Origin: a virus
Virus record (IMG/VR): IMGVR_UViG_3300042301_004349
Span: 64,001 to 128,000 of that record
Strand: one strand, 5' to 3'
Length of the DNA: 64,000 bases
The position numbers and the translations under genes are program-made. The notes beneath the pieces were generated by a model that searched no databases, was not told where the DNA came from, and saw nothing but the letters and a program-made list of their open reading frames with translations. How positions within the stretch are numbered: the first letter of the stretch is position 1; every line of letters starts with the position of its first letter. Positions 20,153 through 29,211 of the stretch are shown here, in pieces.

Positions 20153-20177
20153 CTAAAAACATATATTAAATATTTAA

Positions 20178-20636
20178 TTAACAGTCTTCGTAGCTTCCTG
20201 TTCCAAATACTTCAATAACTTTTTCTTTTAATTTAGCATATCCAAATTCGAAAATGTTTGCTTCTTCTACTGCAGTAAAATCAGGAACCATTACTGTTAC
20301 ACTTTCAGAAACTGTTGTTTCTACTGTTGTATAAGTGATGCTACCAGATTCACCAACACTTTGAGAAGGCATGTTTACTGTTCTAAAAACAACACTTTCA
20401 GATGGAACTCTTAAATCAACATATAAGCTTTCACCAATTTGTTGGTTACGAGCAGTCATACCACCCATACCTGGGTAAAGGTTTGATCCTGAAGTTGCTG
20501 CTTCTTCGTCTAAAAATAGTTGAGTTTGAAAATTAGCATATCCGCCTTTTTGAATATTGTAATTAACAATACGTAAATATGCTTCGCTTGTAATACCTAA
20601 ATCAGTACCAATTTGAGTTGTGATTTTAATTGCCAT
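20178..20636 (-). CDS. hypothetical fibre-associated protein
   Basis: 152-aa ORF with ATATTTAT motif upstream. Confidence 0.7.
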   Translation of the reverse strand: MAIKITTQIGTDLGITSEAYLRIVNYNIQKGGYANFQTQLFLDEEAATSGSNLYPGMGGMTARNQQIGESLYVDLRVPSESVVFRTVNMPSQSVGESGSITYTTVETTVSESVTVMVPDFTAVEEANIFEFGYAKLKEKVIEVFGTGSYEDC

Positions 20637-20677
20637 GTTTAATTTGCTTTATGTTTTATAATTTGCGTGTATAAATA

Positions 20678-21268
20678 TTAACGATAGTGTTCTCCCCCAA
20701 GCCACAACACAAAAGATCTACGAGTTCCAACAGTAACTGGTGAAACACGGTGCATCATATATGAAGGAAATATAACTACTGTGCCTTTACCGCGAGGTGC
20801 GGTGATATGATCTTTACCCCCTTGCCAAATATCTAAATCTCCACCTTCATATTCGCTAGGATCGGATAATTGGACCGTAATAGACACTTTACGGAGCGAT
20901 AACATCCCAGGCCCAATGTCTTGATGCCAAATATAATGTCCACCTTCACTAGCATAGTATTCAGTGTATTGTATTTGTTCTGGGGCCGAATGTAAGTCAA
21001 AATCCCATAAATTTTTATTAGCTTCAGCAGCCATATCCATTAGTTTGTTATATAGCCAATTCCATTTGAAATTTTGTGGAACCCATTTAACAGAAGATGA
21101 ACGTGATTCTTTATCATCACCACCAACTGTAGTAGCTTTAATAAAATCAATATCAGCAACATCTTTGTATATTCTATCTAATTCTTCACTATCAAAACCA
21201 TTATTAAAATAGTAATAATTTTGTAGATCAGCGTGTTTCTTAGGAAATAAATAACCAGTTTGTACCAT
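20678..21268 (-). CDS. 2OG-Fe(II) oxygenase, prolyl-4-hydroxylase-like
   Basis: WHQD (HxD)...RKVSITVQL..YEGGDL...FPSYMMHRVSPVTVGTRRSFVLW. Confidence 0.9.
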   Translation of the reverse strand: MVQTGYLFPKKHADLQNYYYFNNGFDSEELDRIYKDVADIDFIKATTVGGDDKESRSSSVKWVPQNFKWNWLYNKLMDMAAEANKNLWDFDLHSAPEQIQYTEYYASEGGHYIWHQDIGPGMLSLRKVSITVQLSDPSEYEGGDLDIWQGGKDHITAPRGKGTVVIFPSYMMHRVSPVTVGTRRSFVLWLGGEHYR

Positions 21269-21277
21269 TTTTATAGT

Positions 21278-21850
21278 TTATTCAGTTTCAAAAATATTCA
21301 TTTTACTTGAGTATGGCTCTTCAGCCCATAAATTTATAGCAATCGCTCTTCTAGTTCCTGTTAAAACAGTATCTACTCTATGAGGTACCTTCCCAGCATC
21401 AAATATAATTAGACGATTTGGTCTACATAACACAATATCAGGAGGGTTAGATTCACCATCTGTATACACATTTAAGGCACCACCTGTGAATTCTGATCCT
21501 ATTGGGTAATAAACACATCCAACTGTTGGTGACATTCTATCTCCTGTTGCTTTTCTATAAGCAACATCATCATCGTAATGCATTTCTAAATAGTTTCTAA
21601 ATCTTCCATTTGGGTCTGCTTCTTGTACGCCTGTCCAATATTCAAATCCATCTATTGTATATAGTTTATTAATTGGACAATTATTTTTCCAAATATATTC
21701 TATTAGTTTCTTTTTAGTAGTATTAACTTCACTATTCCACCAACCATTCCAATAGTAATAAACACCAGGATCCTTAAAAAAGGTAGTGTCATTAGCTATT
21801 TCATCTAGTAAGGTTTGATCTGTTATAAAATCATCAAATACTGTTATCAT
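21278..21850 (-). CDS. 2OG-Fe(II) oxygenase
   Basis: MHYDDD (HxD)...VYYP...GGAL...NRLIIFD...HRV...GTRRAIAIN. Confidence 0.85.
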   Translation of the reverse strand: MITVFDDFITDQTLLDEIANDTTFFKDPGVYYYWNGWWNSEVNTTKKKLIEYIWKNNCPINKLYTIDGFEYWTGVQEADPNGRFRNYLEMHYDDDVAYRKATGDRMSPTVGCVYYPIGSEFTGGALNVYTDGESNPPDIVLCRPNRLIIFDAGKVPHRVDTVLTGTRRAIAINLWAEEPYSSKMNIFETE

Positions 21851-21861
21851 TTTATTTTATT

Positions 21862-23676
21862 TTAGGGATTATAAATATAGTTTACATATCCTTCATCATC
21901 ACCAAATCTACTTTCAACCCATAAAGGATGTTGTGGGTTTTCTTTATAAGCCCAATCTTCCATTCCTAATTCTTCAAATCGTTTTGCAATTCTCTCATTA
22001 TAATGATACATAATTGTTCTTACTCTACGTTGAATATCAGCACGAGATAAATCGTGTGTATTTTGTCCTGAGTGGTTGTTATAGATGAATTGAATATAGC
22101 CAAGTTTAGGTATTTTACAAATTTTAGTATGTAAAAATGTTCTAACTATTAATTCATAATCATCAGCTATAGCTAAATCTCTATTATGTCCACCAACAGC
22201 AAAATAAGTATCTCTTCTCCAAGCACGAACGTGATTTGGAACACCAACAATATGTCTTATTGTTTTTGGATTAATATTTTGTGTAATTACAACATCCCAA
22301 TTATAACCTCTATATTGTTCTTTTCTATATTTACCATATCCAAAAGCAAAACCATCATCATATGTTAATGATTCCCATTTTTCATTTATTTCAACACTAT
22401 CATTGAAAAAGAAACCAGCATCTGGGTATGCTTTTGTAGCATTAACTAGATCCATTGTACAGTTGTCTGTTAATAAATCATCATGGTCTAATTCTGCTAG
22501 TAAGAATCCTCTTGTTAAGCAAGCTGCTCTATATTTTGATTCCCCAATAATACCACCTGTTTTTTCTCTAAAATCATATACTCTTACTCTCGGATCTCGT
22601 CTAGCTATTTCTTCAGCTATCTTAAGTGTTTTACCACCATCAGATGAATCATTAACCAACACCCATTCCCAATCTTCGTACGTTTGTTCAAGCAATGAAC
22701 GAAAAGTATTCCATAATTTATTTCCAGTATTATATATTGGGGTAAAATATGATACTAAATGATTATTTGACGCTGATAGCATTTGGTTCATAGCTACATT
22801 ATAAGCTATATCTCCATTTTCAGCATCATCTTTTTCAACATTTAACCATTTTTTTCTTACTTCAAGAGGTTGAGTAGCTAAATTAGGAAATTCTGAAAAG
22901 TGTTTTCCAATAGTAATAATTGAATCTGGTTTGAATGTTGTTAGCAATTCTTCAATTTTAGTATCATTTGGTACATTTAATACATTTAAACTTGTATCTT
23001 CATATCCTAAATGTTTAGTACTTTTCAATTCTGTTGTACCACCTATATAAAGTACTTTTGGTACTCTAGCTTTTTTAGGTTGGGTTAAACGATTATAGTA
23101 GCAAAGTTCTGAATGGATGAAATGGAATTTATCAGAGAATTGTTTGTATAAATTTTCAATAAATACTCCATCACCGCAATATCCACCTTCATATCTACCT
23201 TGTTTATATAGACTTTGTTTAATAACATATTGAGCTGAGTCTATATGTTTTAATTTCATATGTTCAGGACCTACATTTCTAACTTCTAAGCCAGTAAAGT
23301 CCTTTTTATCAACAAATTGTTCAAACACAAATGCTTCTTTATCAGGATTTGCCTCTATTTCTGATTTAATTGTATTATAGAAATCAGGATGAATAATATT
23401 ATCATCATCTAATATTACAATATAATTTTCAGGGTATAATTTTTCAATTATATCGCTTAATTGAGGGTATAAATAATCACTACCATCTCCTTTTATAAAA
23501 TGGAATCTAGTACTTGGAGATTGCAATTCACTTAATAATTCAGCATCAATGTCTTTTAATGTTGTTGTATCAAAAATGATATGCCAAACAACAGTTATAG
23601 GACTAGGGAATACTGTATTCTTAATTGTTAATAAATTCTGCTGTCGCGTACAACGCGTTAATATATGCATTACCAT
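21862..23676 (-). CDS. two-domain GT-A (GT2-like) glycosyltransferase
   Basis: N-terminal domain with ILDDDN; C-terminal domain FTPIYNT..SLLEQTYEDWEWVLVNDSSDG...ELDHDD...ADDYEL. Confidence 0.88.
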   Translation of the reverse strand: MVMHILTRCTRQQNLLTIKNTVFPSPITVVWHIIFDTTTLKDIDAELLSELQSPSTRFHFIKGDGSDYLYPQLSDIIEKLYPENYIVILDDDNIIHPDFYNTIKSEIEANPDKEAFVFEQFVDKKDFTGLEVRNVGPEHMKLKHIDSAQYVIKQSLYKQGRYEGGYCGDGVFIENLYKQFSDKFHFIHSELCYYNRLTQPKKARVPKVLYIGGTTELKSTKHLGYEDTSLNVLNVPNDTKIEELLTTFKPDSIITIGKHFSEFPNLATQPLEVRKKWLNVEKDDAENGDIAYNVAMNQMLSASNNHLVSYFTPIYNTGNKLWNTFRSLLEQTYEDWEWVLVNDSSDGGKTLKIAEEIARRDPRVRVYDFREKTGGIIGESKYRAACLTRGFLLAELDHDDLLTDNCTMDLVNATKAYPDAGFFFNDSVEINEKWESLTYDDGFAFGYGKYRKEQYRGYNWDVVITQNINPKTIRHIVGVPNHVRAWRRDTYFAVGGHNRDLAIADDYELIVRTFLHTKICKIPKLGYIQFIYNNHSGQNTHDLSRADIQRRVRTIMYHYNERIAKRFEELGMEDWAYKENPQHPLWVESRFGDDEGYVNYIYNP

Positions 23677-24605
23677 TCTACATCAAAGAAAAATAGGTGA
23701 AAGAATCTAGCATTTTCAATTTCGTCTCCGAAATAACCTGTTGCTGCGTGTATTGCTTTTGAATCAAACATAACTAATCTATTGTAAATGTTAGCTATAC
23801 TATCTACTAATTCGAAGGTTGATTTATCGTAGAAATTCATTTCACTACTTAATCCCTTAAAGGTATTATAATACTCATCTCCTCCTGGTTGATCGAACCT
23901 AGTAGCTCCTGTTATTTTGCTTTTATATGTAGCTGTACCTGTTTGTAATGGGGCATCTGGTGTTAAATAAACCATTGCAGCATACGTTTGAGAATCAACG
24001 TGATAAACTATTGGATCTTGAGAGGTACAATATTGAAAAACACCATTTGCATATGATGAATGGTTCCAATTTGTAATTTTCTTACCTAAAATTTCTTCAA
24101 ATTTTTCTTTAGTACCGTTTAGAATAAATCTATCGTAACTGCGTTTGCCTTTATGATAACCTGATTCTTTGAAATCAAGATTATTCATAGCATATTCTCT
24201 TACTAAATCAGGATTGTCATAAAAATTATCTACAACGACAACACCTTTTTTAGCTGTTTGAATAAATCCAGAATGGTATACTATCCATTTTTTAAAAGAA
24301 TCAATATTATCTACTACTGAATTGTCTTGTAATATGATTCCAAGAGGTTTGTTTATGTCTTGTTCTGTAAGAAGAATTTTAAATTCAACTAGATCTGTTG
24401 GGATGTTAGGGTAAAATTCCTTTACATCTGGTCTTGATTCAAATCCAGGAGAAATAATTTCTTCACCAATTGTGAATGCTTTAATAGGTTGTGTTGCGTG
24501 TGATATCCATCCTTTAATAGTGTAAACATTATTATTAGAGAAAACATCATCAATGTACCACAACACACCATCAACATTAGTTAAATGATTAATATGATCG
24601 GCCAT
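23670..24605 (-). CDS. 2OG-Fe(II) oxygenase-like protein (DUF6445-like) with extra N-terminal domain
   Basis: VVVDNFYDNPDLVREYA...YHVD...YLTPDAP..GT...YNRLVMFD..IHAA..YFG....RFFHLFFFD. Confidence 0.8.
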   Translation of the reverse strand: MADHINHLTNVDGVLWYIDDVFSNNNVYTIKGWISHATQPIKAFTIGEEIISPGFESRPDVKEFYPNIPTDLVEFKILLTEQDINKPLGIILQDNSVVDNIDSFKKWIVYHSGFIQTAKKGVVVVDNFYDNPDLVREYAMNNLDFKESGYHKGKRSYDRFILNGTKEKFEEILGKKITNWNHSSYANGVFQYCTSQDPIVYHVDSQTYAAMVYLTPDAPLQTGTATYKSKITGATRFDQPGGDEYYNTFKGLSSEMNFYDKSTFELVDSIANIYNRLVMFDSKAIHAATGYFGDEIENARFFHLFFFDVEW

Positions 24606-24622
24606 AAAAGTTATTGTTTTAT

Positions 24623-24654
24623 GGAATGTACGATAAAACTATTTAATTTCCAAA
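24623..24654 (-). promoter_or_regulatory. possible Bacteroidota sigma-A-like promoter for the oxygenase/glycosyltransferase cassette
   Basis: Coding strand TTTG-N20-TACATTCC versus consensus TTTG-N19-21-TAnnTTTG; last two bases mismatch. Confidence 0.35.
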
Positions 24655-24658
24655 CCTT

Positions 24659-27600
24659 TTATTTATTATCTACTAAGTAGTTAATTTGTTGTTTTAGATC
24701 TTCGATTTGTTGTTGTTGTTCTTTAATACCTTCAATTAATAGAGGTACAATTCTATCATACTTTACAGTAAGATAATTTTCACCAGTCTTAGATACTACT
24801 TCTCCTGTTTCAGCCACACCTTGCATATCAAATGGAGCTAAAGAAACAGCTTGAGGCAATACAGCCTGAATTTGTTGAGCAGACACACCCGCTTGTTCTT
24901 TTTGGTTTGTATAACCAAGACTACGTGCTAATTCATTTTCCACATATACAAATCCTTCTAATGATTTAATCTTTTCTATAGCATCTGTAATAGTATTTAT
25001 CTTAGTTTTTAATCTTTCATCAGAATAATATGCTGTAACATCTCCTGTACCATAATAGTTACCACTTCCAAAGTTACCACCACCCGCATTCAAACCACAT
25101 AATGATGAACCATTAATTACTTGGTGATGCCATGTTGCTCCGTTACCACAGTTCCAAACTACACCATAACTTTCAGTCATTCTTGTTCCTGTAGAGTTTC
25201 CTATTTCTGCACCAGATCCTGAAAGAACCATAGTTCCCGCTAAACGAAAGTTAGCTGTTCTTACTATATCATTAGATGATATAGCTCCATTTACATCAAG
25301 CTTATATGCAGGAGTAGTAGTGCCTATGCCTACTCTACTAGGGTAAGTATTTGTAGCACCAGATACGTTAAGAAGTATATTTCCAGCATGGTCTCTAACT
25401 CTAAACCCTTCATTAGAATGGGTACCTATAACAGTCCAATACCCATCCTGCATAATATACTTATTCAGGTCAGCATTATCAGCTGTTTTGAATACAACTT
25501 TACCTGATGTTCCACTTGAACCTGATTCAAATATATAATCACCACCCTGAGTAATTTTAAAGTAGTCTCCACGAAAACCTGTACCAATACTAAACTCGTT
25601 ACCTGCTGAACCTGTATGTCCAATAGACCAAGTAGTAGGGCCATTAAAACCTATTCTACCATAGTATTGACCACCACCATAATCGTTATACCCAAGTCTA
25701 ATTCTAGTGTCTCCACTAGGTGTAGTAATTGTAAAAGGTCTTGCATTTGCACTAAACAAACCATCAGTTGTATACCCTGAAAATGTTGCATTAAATCCTA
25801 TATTAGATGCCCCATTAACAATGTACCCAGGGCCGTTAGAAAGTTGACTAAGATTAGTAAGATTACCACTATGCCACATTGTTACCCAACCACCCCATGT
25901 ACCTGCATCAGCAGATCTCATATATAATCTGTTCCCACCTGTATCAAAAAATAATTGTTGGTGATAATTGCCCGGGTGAGTATCTATTTGTAATAAAGCA
26001 CCCCCATTATGAATAACAGTTGGTCTATTACTCCAATCACCCGTAGATCCTCTGTATAAACCTGTACCATTAAATGCATTTACATTAACACCAGGTTGAG
26101 CAGCTTGATATAAAGAATCAAGAATCCCATACCCACTAAGTGTTGTAGGTTTTGATGAAACATTAGCAAATGATATACCAGTTATATATCCAGGCCCGTT
26201 GCTTAATTGGTTAAGATTAGTAAGATTACCACTATGATATACTGTGTTACCATTCCAGTTAATGCCTGTTCTAGTAATTCTAGCTATCTCTTGGTAAGTT
26301 CCAGTTGAAGCAGATTTAAAATACCAACCTGTTGTGTCATTTGCTTCAGCAAACTCTATAAATGTTGTTTGGTGGACCGCTGTAAATGTAGGACTAGAAG
26401 TAGCACCTGTAACAGATGCTCTAAAAGTCATCATATGGTTATTGTTTTCATAACCAGCTATTATACCATATGTATTTACACCCCCTGTACTTACAGTTAA
26501 TCTTCCTCCTGTTATTTGAAGGGACCCCGTTAATGTTCCTCCTGAAAGTGGTAAATAATTGCCTGGTGTAAAATTACCACTATGCCAAACATCTACATAA
26601 GAAGAATATGCTGTTCCTGAACCAAATGTCTGTTGCCATATCCTCATTCCAATTCCACTCTTAAGAAACATTACTAAGTTATCAGAACCTCCAGAACTAT
26701 CAGAATAAGAACGTAAATGTAAATAATCAGCATAAGGAGCACTATCATTATTAGCCCAAGATGTAAACCCAAATCTTAATTCAGCTGCATTATCTTCAGA
26801 AGGAGATATTGTTCTATTATCTCTAGAAGATAATCTACCTGAAGCACCAGATATTGTTGCAGAAGAAGTAATATATCCAGATGGATTACTACTATTATAA
26901 GGAGTATATCCTAAAGCTGTAGTAACTTGACTACTTGTTATACCTGTAAGATAAGATTGATTAGTAACCCAAGTTCTAGTAGCTACTTCATTTCCTCCAT
27001 ATCTTAATATACCACCATTTGATTGTAGGTCTAAATCAAATGAAGCAAAATCACTTGTTCTAGCTGCTTGAACTGCAACTTTATATCCACCGGCAGCTCC
27101 AAGAGATGCTACATATAAATGTACATCAGACCCACCAATCCTTGCATGAGCTACAGAATCTGAGTTTAGAGAAGATGGTCTTGTTAATCCATTACCTATA
27201 TTTACTCTACCATCTAGATTAAGAGTTGTAGATGTAGATGCCCCACGTCCTGTAACAGTAGCTAAAGTTTCACTTGCTGCTAAACCTGAAATATTTGTTT
27301 GGTCTCCTGTATTTGTACCACTTAAGTTTGCAGCACTAAGATTACCTGTAAAGGCAGCAGTACCATCTAAAGCCATACTAAATCTTGTTTCAGAATCTAA
27401 TGCTGCCCAACTTCTAGCTATTTTAAATTTATCAGCATCTGAATTATCAATACCCATTGACCACCCAATAACATCACCTATGTCAAAAGATAATATCGGA
27501 TCTCCACCTGTTGCAGTGCTTGTTCTTAAAGAAAGAACTGCATTTGATGTACTAGTAGTACCAGTATTATATAAATAAATTACTGGAACATTAGTATTTG

Positions 27601-28744
27601 CAGGAGTGCTATAGGTGTTATTAGCATTTGTAATAGTAAAACCAGTATTAGTTGTACCGTTTCTTAATATTACATTTTGTAAAGTACTTGTTTCAGTATA
27701 AGATGTTAAATATGTAGAATTATCATAGCTTATAGTAGCACCACTTGCTTTTACAAAACCAGTACCATTAATATTTGCAGTACCAGTAGCACCTTGGATA
27801 CCTTGAAAGCCTTGATCACCCTTAGCACCTTGAAAGCCTTGATTACCTTGAAATCCAAATCCTTGGAAACCTTGGTCGCCTTTAGCTCCTTGGAAACCTT
27901 GATCGCCTTTCGCTCCTTGGAAACCTTGGTTGCCTTGGAATCCAAAACCTTGAAAGCCTTGATCACCCTTTGCACCTTGATTTCCTTGATCTCCCTTAGC
28001 ACCTTGTGCTCCTGTATTTCCTTGAGGTCCTGTTGGGCCTTGAGCACCAGTATTTCCTTGGTCACCTTTTACACCCTGAGCTCCTTGAGAACCCTGAATG
28101 CCTTGCACAGACATATCTGTAGTAAATGCCCAAGTTCCTCCACTACGTAAATACAATTTACCATAATCAGGATCTGATGTTGATAGAGAACCTGCTACTA
28201 AACCGAATTGTCCTTCAGGACAAGTGGTGTCAGCTAAAAGTGCAGCTACGCTGTTATATGTTTGATAGATTATAAATCCCTGGCCTGTAATACCTTGGAA
28301 TCCTTGGTCGCCCTTAAATCCTTGATCTCCTTTTATACCTTGAATACCTTGGATGCCTTGTGCTCCTGTAGTGCCTTGGTCACCTTGAAAGCCTTGATCG
28401 CCTTTAGTTCCTTGGATACCTTGAAATCCTTGGAAGCCTTGGTCGCCCTGATCTCCCTGAAAGCCCTGGTCACCTTTAGTTCCTTGAATACCTTGTGCAC
28501 CTTGAATGCCTTGAAAACCTTGACGTCCCTGAGCACCTTGTGCTCCATCGGCACCAACATAACCATTAGCACCCTGTGGTCCCTGGTCTCCCTGAGCCCC
28601 AACTGGTGTGAAATGTATTTCTCCAGTACTTTGATTAAGTACTAGATACTTGTCTAATGAACCTGTGTCTTGTGTTAAAGTAGGTAGTTTAAAACTACCT
28701 GATACTTCTAATGAACCTGTAACGGAGGCGTTGTGTATTCTCAT
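24659..28744 (-). CDS. collagen-like long tail fibre with C-terminal S74 chaperone
   Basis: N-terminal Gly-X-Gln tracts (approx. 27785-28600), beta-rich fibre modules, YSDERLK...GVSAQQIQAVLP...YDRIVPLLIEGIKE. Confidence 0.88.
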   Translation of the reverse strand: MRIHNASVTGSLEVSGSFKLPTLTQDTGSLDKYLVLNQSTGEIHFTPVGAQGDQGPQGANGYVGADGAQGAQGRQGFQGIQGAQGIQGTKGDQGFQGDQGDQGFQGFQGIQGTKGDQGFQGDQGTTGAQGIQGIQGIKGDQGFKGDQGFQGITGQGFIIYQTYNSVAALLADTTCPEGQFGLVAGSLSTSDPDYGKLYLRSGGTWAFTTDMSVQGIQGSQGAQGVKGDQGNTGAQGPTGPQGNTGAQGAKGDQGNQGAKGDQGFQGFGFQGNQGFQGAKGDQGFQGAKGDQGFQGFGFQGNQGFQGAKGDQGFQGIQGATGTANINGTGFVKASGATISYDNSTYLTSYTETSTLQNVILRNGTTNTGFTITNANNTYSTPANTNVPVIYLYNTGTTSTSNAVLSLRTSTATGGDPILSFDIGDVIGWSMGIDNSDADKFKIARSWAALDSETRFSMALDGTAAFTGNLSAANLSGTNTGDQTNISGLAASETLATVTGRGASTSTTLNLDGRVNIGNGLTRPSSLNSDSVAHARIGGSDVHLYVASLGAAGGYKVAVQAARTSDFASFDLDLQSNGGILRYGGNEVATRTWVTNQSYLTGITSSQVTTALGYTPYNSSNPSGYITSSATISGASGRLSSRDNRTISPSEDNAAELRFGFTSWANNDSAPYADYLHLRSYSDSSGGSDNLVMFLKSGIGMRIWQQTFGSGTAYSSYVDVWHSGNFTPGNYLPLSGGTLTGSLQITGGRLTVSTGGVNTYGIIAGYENNNHMMTFRASVTGATSSPTFTAVHQTTFIEFAEANDTTGWYFKSASTGTYQEIARITRTGINWNGNTVYHSGNLTNLNQLSNGPGYITGISFANVSSKPTTLSGYGILDSLYQAAQPGVNVNAFNGTGLYRGSTGDWSNRPTVIHNGGALLQIDTHPGNYHQQLFFDTGGNRLYMRSADAGTWGGWVTMWHSGNLTNLSQLSNGPGYIVNGASNIGFNATFSGYTTDGLFSANARPFTITTPSGDTRIRLGYNDYGGGQYYGRIGFNGPTTWSIGHTGSAGNEFSIGTGFRGDYFKITQGGDYIFESGSSGTSGKVVFKTADNADLNKYIMQDGYWTVIGTHSNEGFRVRDHAGNILLNVSGATNTYPSRVGIGTTTPAYKLDVNGAISSNDIVRTANFRLAGTMVLSGSGAEIGNSTGTRMTESYGVVWNCGNGATWHHQVINGSSLCGLNAGGGNFGSGNYYGTGDVTAYYSDERLKTKINTITDAIEKIKSLEGFVYVENELARSLGYTNQKEQAGVSAQQIQAVLPQAVSLAPFDMQGVAETGEVVSKTGENYLTVKYDRIVPLLIEGIKEQQQQIEDLKQQINYLVDNK

Positions 28745-28818
28745 TATTTTATACCTGGATTATTCTGGTATAAATATTAATTCTTAAATGTTAGTTAACA
28801 AATAATAATATATTGTTT

Positions 28819-29199
28819 TTAACAGAATGTTGTACAATACCCAACAACACTTCCTGCAACTCCATTACTAAATGAATAAATTGCTGCATCAAGATTATAA
28901 ACTCCTGAAAGTGGAGTAGAGCCAATGCTATTACCTCTTAACCATCTACCTGCACTTGTTTGATAAACAGTTAAATTCTCATTACAACCGCAATACCAAT
29001 CTAATGAAAAATAATAGGCATCCATTGCATTGCTCGTTACACCAGTCATAGATTCTGAGGCATAACCATAAAATTCACTCATAGCATCTGGTGTAGAGAA
29101 GCCTGCTAAACTACTGAGGGCACGTAAACTCCCATTACTAGTACCTAATTCACTTCTAATTTGTGAGATACTTATCTGTCCACTACTTGGTAAAGGCAT
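28819..29199 (-). CDS. small fibre-tip (gp38-like position) protein
   Basis: MPLPSSGQISISQIRSELG...MSEFYG N-terminal module; follows an S74 fibre gene. Confidence 0.65.
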   Translation of the reverse strand: MPLPSSGQISISQIRSELGTSNGSLRALSSLAGFSTPDAMSEFYGYASESMTGVTSNAMDAYYFSLDWYCGCNENLTVYQTSAGRWLRGNSIGSTPLSGVYNLDAAIYSFSNGVAGSVVGYCTTFC

Positions 29200-29211
29200 A
29201 TATATAAATAT

